NCBI GenBank assembly: GCA_977020255.1
Contig: CDROCS010000148.1
Location: 186,001 to 250,000 of the forward strand
DNA: 64,000 nucleotides
Source: Obrimoposthia wandeli
Taxonomy: Eukaryota
Reading direction: 5' to 3'
The position numbers were made by a program, and so were the translations under genes. Under the pieces are notes generated by a model, which worked only from the letters and a program-made list of their open reading frames with translations, ran no database searches and was not told the origin of the DNA. Shown one piece after another: positions 53,161-64,000 of this stretch. Each line of letters begins with the position of its first letter. Positions within the stretch are counted from its first letter, which is position 1.

Positions 53161-53621
53161 AAATATAAAACTAAAATGGAATCTTGACGGAAGGAAGGCT
53201 TTCAAGGTAGTTAAAGGAATACATTCTATGATGTCCCAAGAAGGGGTTGACCTTCATTAAAATGAAAAACTTGTTACTAATGAGTAAGAATGCATTGAGA
53301 ATGATCCCAGAGTAACCTGTATAATATAAATTGTGTTGTGGAATCTGCCTCTTGAATTATGTCTACAATATAAAACATAACTCGTGTGATATTAGAATTT
53401 ATCAGAAATTAGCGCTTTATCATGTGAAAAAGTAGATTGGATTTATTTTATTTATTACTTTAATGTCGATATGTAATATACATTTTAAATGATACAAACT
53501 GAAAATCCATATAACACTTAGGCTCCAATTGAAATCATACTACTAAAATATTAGTCTTAAGTGTTATATATGGTATTTTTTAATTTCTCATTTAAGTTTA
53601 ATTTTCTCTTGCTAATTACAG

Positions 53622-53747
53622 AATCCGCAGCCTGATGTGCGATCAAACGACTCGACTGAAAACAACGCCGGAAATCCGAAGAATTTAGAGACGATGTTTG
53701 ATCCAGTAGGTGACATCGAATTGTTTGTGAAGAATCCTGCTCCCAAG
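53622..53747 (+). CDS. Tub: Tubby-like protein, exon entering the Tubby domain
   Basis: Acceptor ttttctcttgctaattacag|AAT and donor CCCAAG|GTGAGA; 126 nt, phase 0-0. Encodes NPQPDV...DPVGDIELFVKNPAPK, matching the start of the Tubby domain (fly-type 'DVIGNIDQFVMQPAPQ', vertebrate-type 'DLEEFALRPAPQ'). Confidence 0.82.
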
Positions 53748-53789
53748 GTGAGAAATTGCGAATATATGCATTGACTGAGTAATAGAGAG

Positions 53790-53945
53790 ATGATATATGT
53801 ATAATAGGATGAATGTATGTATGAACTGTTGTATGTATGAATGTATGGGTGGCTATATGTGGATATGTATGAATTGATGTGTGGATATATGGATGTATGC
53901 AAGGATGTTTGTATGTTTAGAGGGATGGGGACATGCATGTATGTA
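53790..53945. repeat. Degenerate (ATGT/GTAT)n simple repeat at start of intron
   Basis: gaatgtatgtatgaactgttgtatgtatgaatgtatgg... directly 3' of the exon donor. Confidence 0.8.
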
Positions 53946-54092
53946 TTAATTTTAATTCTTCTTATCCATTTTGTGGAACTTCGGGTTTTTAAGTTATCGG
54001 ATTGCTAAATCCTTGTCTCTTTGAGCTTCTCGAATTTCACTGTGACATTTATTACAATATAGGACTATATGAATCATTAAAAATTTAATTAA

Positions 54093-54950
54093 CCATTTAG
54101 AAAGGTGTCTTAACACTAGAAATTTATTTAACTATAATTTACTGATAACTAATAATACATAAATTATTTAACTAAAACAAAAAGAAACCAATATAAATTG
54201 TCCATAAACATATTTTACATTTCACAACTACCTTTTACTTACAATATGTTGACCACAGCCAACCGTAGCACACAAACAACTTGTCGATGTATTGGAGCGG
54301 TCATTTCTGTCTGATTTAATCTGACATTGTCTTCTTTTATAAATTTCAACAGATTCAATAAGACTTTGATCAGATATGTATTTTCAAAATGAAATTATTC
54401 TGTCACAAGCTTCAAAAGAAAGTCTCGCCGTGATATCGATGATGCCGCCAGTTCTCGATAAATTACCCATGAATTTATAGCTGTCATATTAAGAAAATAC
54501 TGTCATTAGTCATCTGCGAGATGCTGTTTTAACCTTGCTGCAGATAGCCATTTGATCAAATTATTCTCTCCAACCTTAGTTTGATTATGTTTCCGGCAAT
54601 ACTATTCGCCTTTCAATCTTTTCAAGTCTAATGTTCCATAATATAAAAGAAAAATTAGTCATAGTTTTAGAAACAAATAGAACGACCCCATTGTTTATTC
54701 CAGAGAGATTAAAGAGGTGTATTTTAGCTGCAAGAATAACTCAAGCCAATTGAAGGCCAATAAACGTTTACACGATCACCTGGTATATTATCCGGTAGGG
54801 TTATCGTTTTTACGACAAACAATGGCATATAATTGAATACTCTTTGACATTGGCTTATCAATAAACACTAAAATGTGATTTATTCGACGACTAGCAAATG
54901 TTGTTGAACCTGATTTAGCTGTAAAACATTTTTTTAGGATGCTTGACCAG
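54093..54950 (-). mobile_element. piggyBac transposase C-terminal relic
   Basis: Minus strand reads NQTKVG, SRR*LMTVF, AINSWVIY and ISRRDFLLKLV. A possible TTAA|CCATTTAG end lies at 54089-54100. Confidence 0.75.
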
Positions 54951-56149
54951 ATTTGATTTTACCCTTTATATTTGTCTATACAACTTCCGATTTTGGCCCC
55001 AACTTCACATGAGCGCGATGGTTTATGTTCCCATTACCACTATCTTCACATTCATCATCGATAGAAATTACGATTTTGTTCATATTCACTATAGGGATAT
55101 TCATCTAAATCAGTCACATTTGATCGCTTGGAATTTCTTATATATTGTATCATGATTATTAATTAATTATTATCTTTTCCACAATATATATCGTTGTTTC
55201 TATGAAATACTGTGCAATGCGAATATACAATATTACAGGAGACGAGGAACATATATGTTTCAAATAATCTATTTACAAAGAAAAAATCCCAATTAGGGAC
55301 CTCTAAATATTAAATTAATAGATTTTAAATGAAAGTTAATATTTACAGGATATCATTCGCATCGTTCAATTGCAGCTAAATATTTGTAGAAATTTAGAAA
55401 ATAGGATTTGAGAGAATGATTTTCTACAATTATGTATGTAATTCACACGTTTTTGCAATATAAATAAAACAAAAGTTGATAATATAAATCCTTCCGAATT
55501 ATTTGGATTTCAAATTAACTTTTGTAACAAATATATCTTTAATACATTTTATATTAAAAAAAGTTTATTAATGTTCAAACTCAACATTATATTTAACCTA
55601 TTTTAGTCAAATTTTTAAATAATCATCTAATTTGAAACTTAATTTTAATAATTTTTTATTGTGGATTTTAAGCATAGATTCGTTGTTAATTTAATATTAT
55701 TAACCTTCAAAGTTAAGATGAATAAAATTGAAGTATCTTCAAGAAAGGAATGGAAATGAGAAAATAAATATGTTCCAAAAATTTAATAAAATACATAATT
55801 CGACTAAAACATTAAATTATTTTTATTTAAAAAATTTAACCTTTTAAAAAATTTGTATCTAAAGATGGAAACATAATATTGTATATCTTTGAAACTGACT
55901 AATGGAACGGGACTTAATGTCCACATTTTTGAGAAAGTTATGAATGTCGAGTTTTAGTAAAATGAACATCTAATATTTTGTTGTTTCAAAATTGATGTCG
56001 TTGGAGCTGAAAAGTAAATAAAAAAAGGTAATAATAAGTCAGTAAGATCTTTCTAATTATTTATTCAGGATGTTTCATAATTATGTTGTTTTCTTTTCTT
56101 TACAATTGCACAACTTTTTAGTGTTTCAAGAAAGTAAGCTTTGCACCTC

Positions 56150-56380
56150 ATTGGAGTTTGAATGTTTGGGAGTGCTTTAATGAACCAGTTACCTTTGAAT
56201 CGCAGTGGATAGGTTGAGGTGGTACAAACAAATGGCCACTAAAATCCCCTAACTTGACTCCGTGTGAATTTTGGCTATGGGTGACTTAAAGCGACAATTT
56301 TATAAAACTAAATTTGTGAATTTAGACGACTTGGAATAAAGAATCCCGAAATGTATCGGAAAAATATCTATAGATTTTAG
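56150..56380 (+). mobile_element. Tc3/rosa-type transposase 3' fragment
   Basis: QWIG*GGTNKWPLKSPNLTPCEFWLW, similar to WIGRGG...WPPRSPDLTP.DF.LWG. Confidence 0.72.
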
Positions 56381-56989
56381 AGAGAGAGAGAGAGATCTTT
56401 TTTTACATTAAAAAAAATTATAAATAGTGTTAATATCAACCCTTAAATTTTTTACTGTCAAATAAAATTAATTATAAAAAACCGACATTCTTTTCCTGGT
56501 GACCATTTCTTGAAAATACATCAAAATTTGTGTGAAAAGGTTAAAGGTCCAAAAATTATATTATGTGGAAGCAATTATTTGAAATGTTGATAAGAAAAGG
56601 AATAAAAAAAGAAATCACCGAATACTTAACATCGGCTAGTAAAATTCGTTCGCAGAAAAATTGGTGTGAGGTCGTTAATGGGTTTATATGACATATAAAA
56701 AATGTACCGAACTTCTCATGCCAAATTTGAGCTTGTTTTTTCACCCGACTTTCATAATTTAGACAAAATACAAACATTGTGTCAATAGTCATATGTACAA
56801 AAGGTAAAAGTGTCAACAGTGTTATTTACTCATCATTAACCTTCGGTTTATTAAAGAAGATTCCCGTCGAGTCTGTTGCCAACAACCCGACAATGAATGA
56901 AATTAAATGGACTCTGACTTCGAATTTCATCGTTCATATCATCAAAGTGACAAAGTTGGGGCTTTATATTTTATTTTCTGAGATATCCT

Positions 56990-57500
56990 TGATATCTTTT
57001 GACCGGCTTTGAGCGGACCAAATAAGAAGTATTCGCAGGGGTAAGATCTTGAGAATGTGGTCGGTTCTTCTGATTTGATGGCTGTACATGGACGATTTTA
57101 TTATGCGAGAATGGAATTTCTTTAATCTAGTCGCTGCGGATCTCTTTAATTGTTTACTCCCTAAGCCCCATTTTGTTCAATAAAGCATTTGTAGCATCCA
57201 AAGAAAATCTTTGCACTATCTTCTGAAGATTTCCTCCTAACATTCTGAGCTGACTTTTTTGCGTTTTCTTCTGAAAGTCTATGAGTAACCCATTGAAAGG
57301 TCTAGTTTATGTTATCCAATGCTTTCTCTTCAAGTGACGGTTTTCTACTAAATCTTTATCGATTCTTACACTTTCAGGCGGTTTTCTATCTTGTTCCGAG
57401 ATGTCAAATTCGCTATTATTAAATTCGATAATGCGAGAAAGACGAGTTTGGCTTTGCAATACTGATACTCTCGAGTGCTATTCGTAACGGATATAGATTT
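56990..57500 (-). mobile_element. mariner relic, internally deleted
   Basis: Minus strand reads WVTHRLSEE (WVPHEL motif) and PHSQDLTP...LFGPLK. Confidence 0.65.
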
Positions 57501-57842
57501 TAGTCCACACGTCTGCCTCTTTGATCTAGCTCCATTGGAATAACGTTTGTTGTATATGTTTAGAAAATCACATCAAACTCACATGAATTTAAAATATGTT
57601 TAATTTTCTTTCAAATTTTGAAAATCAGAAAAACAACTTTTGAAACAGTTGGCGAATGGTAAATGAAAGTGGAAGAAATTGAGTAATGTAAGAACACAAA
57701 GTCTAAAATAACAATTAATATGGTATAAGCAGCTGACGATACATTTGATAACAGAAATGAAAATAAACGATTTTATAATCGAGTATCATCAGAAGTTTTG
57801 TCACACATAAAAAAACTTTGATATGAAACAAGAGCAGAAGTC

Positions 57843-58029
57843 AGTAGGTGGATGTGTCCGGTCTAATCCACACCCCCCTCCCCCACTTGTCCTTTAAAAC
57901 CGTGCATGTGTGTGGAGTGAAATTTCGTGTAGGTGTGTGGAGTGAAATTTCACTCCACACACATGCACGGTTTTAAAGGACAAGAGGGGGGAGGGGGGGT
58001 GTGGATTAGACCGGACACATCCACCTACT
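57843..58029. mobile_element. 187-bp non-autonomous Polinton-like element made only of two ~85-bp inverted arms
   Basis: Begins AGTAG and ends CTACT. Arms 57843-57926 and 57944-58029 are near-perfect reverse complements. Flanked by the 6-bp direct repeat GAAGTC (57837-57842 and 58030-58035). Confidence 0.8.
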
Positions 58030-59334
58030 GAAGTCAATAAAATTTTCGTTTAAAGTTGTGAAACTTGTAAGAGAAATAAAACTTTAAAAATTAGGATTGA
58101 AGAAGATTTTTAATACTCAAGATGAAAAGAACTATTGTACTGAAAAACCATTGTGTATTCTTGAAGCTCCAATAGTCGTACACGCATAGATGAAAACGTT
58201 TTGAAAGGACCACATTACTGAAATTACTGCATAAATGTAGTTTATGTTGAACGTGACACATAAAATGCTCCCGAGGAGTCTCCAGCAGAATTGGGAAGGA
58301 AAATATCCAGAGAATGTGTTGACGAAATAACAGTAAAATAAATATTGATTTGTGAAATTGGAAGAAAGCTCAAAATTTGCGTTGGTGTCTTAGTAAAATT
58401 ATACATCAGAAACAACACTGAGTGCAAATATGATGGGGGTTGAATAAATTACAAAACCGATTCATCAAAGAAGTTTTGAACTAAAGGTGCCAAATGGAGG
58501 ACATAATCAGAAAGATAGAATGATGTAAAACCTTTGAAAAGAGAAGGGTGTGAGAATTATTTACTGTTATTTTATTTGTGTATGTTGTATGTTTGAATAT
58601 TGCTCATTGCTCATGAGAATATCTGTTTAAAATTCGATATTGTGGGGCGGAAATTGTGAATAAAAGCATTGTGTAATGAACTGTTGTCTATCTTCTCCTA
58701 TAATTGTTTTAGACAGTGTATCTAAAAGGGAAGTTTGAAACAAGATATTTATTATTTTAAGTCAAAACGAAGAAAACAATTAAATACATTTTACTCTGGT
58801 AAAATACATTTATATTATTTATTCAAAATGTAGGTGGAGATACTACAGAAAACGCCATTTTTGAAGTCATTGTAATTGTAATATGGATTTAATATAAGCG
58901 GAATATTTCGGTGAAAATGTAAATCTATCAAAAAAATAAAAAAGATTAATGAGGAGTATTTTTTTTCCAACTACAACTGTTGGGTCTTATGTTAGTTGTC
59001 ACTCGAGATATTTCTTTCAAATCTCAATTATGGAGTGAAAATACAAAAGAGGAACAATTCTTAGACATTTTCTGTCGGGTGAAATATACATAATCAATTT
59101 AGTTTACTAAGAAAATAAAGTTATTTTTAACTATGCTCACAGTATTTATAAAGAATCATATATTTATATAAATATCATTTGCACCTTAATTTTAAATTAT
59201 AATATTAAATGAATAATAAAATTTTTTAAAAAATTGTCGGCGTGTTTTTTGTTTATTTTGTTATTGTGGAGAATTTATAATTAAATCATAAAGAATATAT
59301 ATAATCTCAATTAGACAGAACTTAGAATCAGAAA

Positions 59335-59560
59335 ATAAATGTCAGTTCTGTACATATAATTGAAATGGAAAACATCATATCGCCACCTTTGCATATAAAG
59401 TAAGTCCTAATGAAAAGCTTATTTAGAGATATGAATACAAAACTCAGTGTTACTTTTTTAAAAATACAACATTTTCAATACAACATTTCTGATAAACAAC
59501 ATTTCTGAAAAAAATCTAAATGAGAAAGGATTTGCCACTGGGATTTCTTTTAGAAATATC
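59335..59560 (+). mobile_element. Chapaev3-like transposase fragment (tentative)
   Basis: ENIISPPLHIK*VLMK, similar to the family motif LPPLHIKLGLMK. Confidence 0.55.
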
Positions 59561-60679
59561 TGAGAAAATTGTTTAAGAAATACGAATTCTGAAAATTACA
59601 GAGAAGTCCTCTAACATACATTATTTGCATTCTCCCCGTGATTATTCTTTACGTAATCTTTGAGCTTTGGCGAAAGGTTTCAGGAACACCCCGATTATTT
59701 CGATTTTCAATTTATTGCGGTTTATAATTAGTGAGTTTTTTTTATTATTGATCAAATTTGAATATTTAAATATTTGAAAATTTTCAAACTTTACTTTTTT
59801 ATCAATATAACCTAGATACATAATTGAGGAAAATAATTCTTTCAAATCTAATTTTCTTTGGCATTTTGACTATTTAAAAGCCGTTAAACAGCATTTATAT
59901 GATAATATATTTCAAAATGTTTCAGTTTTTACAGCTATTTAACAGTTATAAATGATAAAAATGACATCTTATAAATATTTAACTTCATTTAAAATTGATT
60001 AATTTGATATTTAAGAAGTCCCCAGATTTTTCTGCTGAACACCATGTTTCTTCTATTAGAAGCCTTTAGAAGGCTTATATTTTTAATTTCAATTTTATCT
60101 AGTCCTCGAGAAATTTAAATATAAAGTTATATTGACATAATCTACATTACAATTGTTGAAATAAAATTATCATAAACATAAGTTAATTGTCCATTTCCAT
60201 TATTTTAATTACTAAATTTAATGAACTAAATAAACTCCTTCGTTTTTCAAATATGAAAATTGTTCTTAATTCAAGGATGCTAAAAGTAAAGCTAAAACAA
60301 TAATAACTTCATTCGTTCCAAAAATACGCCTTTTGTAAAGATTTTGAAGCCAAATGTTTTATTTACAAAACGTGTATGTATATGAAAAAATTTCGTATTA
60401 AAACTTACAACTACTTTAAAATTACAAGTAGAAAAGAATGTATTAAAAAATTTCAACTACTTTAATTTACAATTGAGGAAGGCGAAATGCAGAAAATTGG
60501 TGGTGTAAAACAAATGAATTTATCAATTTTACTACGAGAAAGGATACCAGCTGAAAAGGAACTGGTAATTTATCTTAAAGATACAACTCTTTACTTCGAT
60601 AGAAACCCTTCACTTTTGAAAGGATAGATGTAATTTTTATCGAATTGCTAAAAGTCTTAGATAGTACAAGCTATATCAT

Positions 60680-62405
60680 TAGGGTGATGACATTTTTACG
60701 TTTTTCTTAAATTTGAAGATTGTAGCATGTATATAATATGAGAATTTTGTAGATTCCGAATATATATATTTTATAATATAACTCGTAATAAATATAGGCA
60801 CCTAACTTCATTGAAAGTTTTAATAAAATATACTATTAAATTATAAATAAAACAATATAAAATACAAAGATATTGATATATTAATAAGGCATTTCATTAA
60901 ATGTATAAATTGTTTTTATCTGATCGGCTGTGTGTAAACATTTTGGACATTGTTGCCAGGGATCGTTCCGCTACTTCGTTTGTGGCATCAGTATCTACTG
61001 GAAGAATCTCTAAGTGATGGTGTCTTTCAATGCATTCTACAGATCGACTAAGTCTATGTTTTATAAAATAATCTTTTAAACTGTTCCATATTTCTCGTCG
61101 TCTCCTGCATCTATACCAAGCAAGTCCCCATAAATCCCCAATGAAGTTGCATAATTCTGTAATATATTGATTATGAATTAAATTTAATAAGAATGCAATT
61201 AGTATATACGAAGCAAACGAATTCCACCTTGCATTAGATATTGGTGGTAATTGATTTGGAAATATTTGTCGTGGTAATGCATTTGTTATTCTTCAAAACT
61301 TGTAACCCTCATTTAAATTTTTTTAATGTCTTATAGTCATCTGTTAAAACATCTTATTTTATTTCAAATTCTTGATGACCAATAGCTTCTACTGATATTT
61401 TTTAATTATGTTCCACTAACTTTACAAATTCGATACCTTTGTTTTTTCTTCCAGTAAATTTTCTGTCGTGATAAGTAGAATGCGATCTAAAATATGCAAT
61501 CAACATCCATTGTATAACGGAACGGGAATTTCTGATTCTAAAAAATGAATTTTAAGTTTAGTTACCACTCCATTCTTCCACCCAGTATTGACTGATGTTG
61601 TGTCACAAATGATCAAAACAATCTTTTCCAATAATTTATAATGATTTAGGCATGATAAAATAGCTTGAAATCTTGTTTCAGAAGTTCTATTTTTATTGTT
61701 TTTAGACCTATCATTAGCTTATGTTTACCCCAGTAACACAAATTAGGAGTCGTTTCTTTCTATTTGATTTCAAACCTGTTTTTTAGTGTCAAAATGAAGT
61801 GATAATTCATTATATTCAAATAATTTAGCTCTAAGAGGATCTTATTGTGAAACTATTTTATTTTGTGCTCTCCTCCAAATTCCTGATTGTGAGTGAATGT
61901 CTTCATTGTTAAATAAAGTTTTACATACTTTAACAGCCGCATAACTAGTTAAGCTAGTAGATGCTACAGCTTTACCTATTTTGGTACATTTCCTCTTTTC
62001 TTTGTGACACTTTACTATTTTAAATTATGTATCAGTGCTTTATTCTATATTAAATCACTATCACTAAACATTACAGAAGAAAAATCAATTTTTTTTATTT
62101 GTCTTGAATTTTAGATTGATGAATTTTGACTGATTCGATATTTGAACTGCAATACCCAAACTGTTCTTTATTAATTTGTCCCCGATAAAATAACTCGTCT
62201 TCTTTCGAAAGAAATAATGTTTCTCTCTTTATAATATCAAATGGATTATCCCATTCATATTTCATTTTTAAATGGTTCTTATGTTTTCTGACATACTCAC
62301 GATATAAACGAACTATATTTTCTATCTTCTTCTTTACCATAGCGAGTGGTAGAGTTGGTAAATTGAATTTGAACCATAATAGGTAGATGTGTGACTTCTG
62401 GCACA
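60680..62405 (-). mobile_element. hAT-like (hATm/hATx-type, tentative) transposase pseudogene truncated by Polinton DNA
   Basis: Minus strand reads LHFD.K, CDTTSVNTGWKNGVV, GC*LHILDRIL, DDYK and PPISNARWNS. A TAGGGTG terminus-like sequence lies at 60680. The 5' part is replaced by the AGGTCA array at about 62405. Confidence 0.65.
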
Positions 62406-62408
62406 AAG

Positions 62409-62915
62409 CCCCCCCCATGAAGACAAAATTTTTTAAGATCAAGTTGAGGACAAAAAATGTAGGTCAAGTTAAGGTCACGGTGAGGTCAAGATGTAGGTCA
62501 TGACCTCATGAGGTCATGGGAAAAATCTAGGTCATGACCTCATGAGGTCATGACCCCCCCTATGCTCAGGAAAAATGTCTTTGTCCTGAAAGACACACAT
62601 CAAGTAGGGTGATGTGTGTCTTTCAGGACAAAGACATTTTGAGCATACCCCCCCTTGAGCACAGTTTAAGGTCACGATGAGGACATGACCTCATGAGGTC
62701 AACTTAAGGTCACGGTGAGGACAAGATGTAGGTCATGACCTCATGAGGTCAAGTCAAGTTAAGGTCAATGTACTTTAAGGTCAACTTAAGGTCATGACGT
62801 CATGAGGACAATGTACTTTAAGGTCAAGTTAAGCTCATGATGAGGACAATGTACTTTAAGGTCAACTTAAGGTCATGACGTCATGAGGACAACTTAAGGT
62901 CACGGTGAGGTCAAA
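62409..62915. repeat. Polinton subterminal AGGTCA/AGGACA repeat array with central ~45-bp hairpin
   Basis: By my count 20 AGGTCA on + and 4 TGACCT. Inverted arms 62561-62602 and 62610-62647 surround AGTAGGG. Confidence 0.9.
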
Positions 62916-64000
62916 AATATTCTATTTTAGTAACATTCTTTAAATCTATATATCTTTTTATCAAAAGACTGTATTAACACCAATTCAACAAAATACATCT
63001 AGTGTGTGTGTGTTTTATAATTTAAATTAAATTATCTACTTATAAAATAAAGTATTATATAATTTGATAAATTTATTTAAATTAAATTAAATTAAACTAT
63101 CTACTTATAAAATAAAGTATTATATAATTTGATAATCATGTTTAAACGTTCCTATATCTATCTAACAAAGACAGTCACGTACTGCATCTATATTGATAAA
63201 ACCTGCAAATTTATGTAATCAATAGTAACAAGTACTACATTTATTCCTATACATGTGTATATATATATGTGTGAGTGTTTAACAAAGACAGTCACGTACT
63301 GCATCTATATTGCAAAAACCTGCAAATTTATGTAAATACCAATAATTTTAAAATAAAGACAAGTATTTCTAACACATATATTCCTTAAAATCACAAAGGA
63401 GAAAAAGGAAAAAAAACAACAACACATATAAAAAGTTTATACAACCTCGTCCGGGTATAAAAAGTGACCATAGGCGACTGAACGGTTTTTCTCCACCCAC
63501 TTGCGCTTATCATCACTACTACTTAAGGCAATTTTACTTAACCTTACAGTGAAAAGTTGATGATTTAGCGAGCTTATACGTTGTTGTTGTACACGCTCGC
63601 TAACGCCACTCTCATATACGGCTAAGTAATTAGAGTGCCTAATACTCGTCTGTCGGAGACTAATACCTTTCGCTCTCATCTGAGATTCACCTTCTGTAGT
63701 CTCTAGGCTATATGATTTTGGTCGTAGAAAAATCCCTTGCCTATAACTAAATAATCCCTTACTCTCATCTTTAAATTTTCCTATCGCTGTATTAAGCGTC
63801 GTATAAAGCGGATGGATTTTTGGAAATTTCGAGGTATCCAACAGTCCATCAGCAATCATAGCAGGTAACAGTGATTCTTGAACATTTACATTATTACACT
63901 TAAAAAAAAAGCTATCAGTGTCACCCGCTATAATTCTAATGTCGCAGTTAAATTGAACTCGATATTTCTCAAACTGCTCATATTGTAGCTCATACATACG
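62603..64000 (-). mobile_element. Polinton/Maverick end (continues beyond window)
   Basis: The terminus-like AGTAGGGTGATGTGT resembles AGTAGGTGGATGTGT of the 57843 element. pPolB points toward it with its stop 834 bp away. Local tandem duplications occur at about 63030-63135 and 63163-63335. Confidence 0.8.
63437..64000 (-). CDS. Polinton/Maverick protein-primed DNA polymerase B, C-terminal part (uninterrupted frame, 5' end outside window)
   Basis: GDTDSFFF (motif C), LDTSKFP..HPLY, IGKFKDE, LRPKSYS, RAKG, KIALS..DDKR and SVAYGH. Confidence 0.93.
   Translation of the reverse strand, partial: RMYELQYEQFEKYRVQFNCDIRIIAGDTDSFFFKCNNVNVQESLLPAMIADGLLDTSKFPKIHPLYTTLNTAIGKFKDESKGLFSYRQGIFLRPKSYSLETTEGESQMRAKGISLRQTSIRHSNYLAVYESGVSERVQQQRISSLNHQLFTVRLSKIALSSSDDKRKWVEKNRSVAYGHFLYPDEVV

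Noticed and set aside
53612-53938. Minus-strand 108-aa ORF
   Set aside because: Composed of simple repeat plus the antisense of the tubby exon.
53748-64000. Next tubby exon (G..KCRITRD)
   Set aside because: Searched by eye and not found; presumably beyond the window.

Overview
Very AT-rich eukaryotic genomic DNA, probably an invertebrate animal (species not determinable from sequence alone). The whole window appears to lie inside one host gene on the + strand, a tubby-like (TUB/TULP family) gene. Three phase-compatible exons are visible: 1-199, 34883-35169 and 53622-53747. They are separated by introns of about 34.7 kb and 18.5 kb, and the next exon was not found before the window ends. The introns are full of decayed transposons: mariner, Tc1/IS630, Tc3/DUF4817-type, pogo/Tigger, hAT-Charlie, a hAT-like family, Chapaev-like, piggyBac and at least five L2-like LINE 3' ends. 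Four things stand out. (1) An LTR-retrotransposon relic (11078-13500, minus strand) has a Gag with CCHC knuckles followed directly by a REX/ISG20-like DEDDh 3'-5' exonuclease domain. (2) Polinton/Maverick material includes two protein-primed PolB fragments, each about 850 bp from an AGTAG-type terminus. (3) A 187-bp TIR-only snap-back mini-element with a 6-bp TSD sits at 57843-58029. (4) A rearranged terminus/terminus junction at about 62600 is embedded in an array of about 24 AGGTCA nuclear-receptor-type half-sites. No RNA genes or CRISPR arrays are supported. All family assignments come from motifs recognised by eye; no database search was run.
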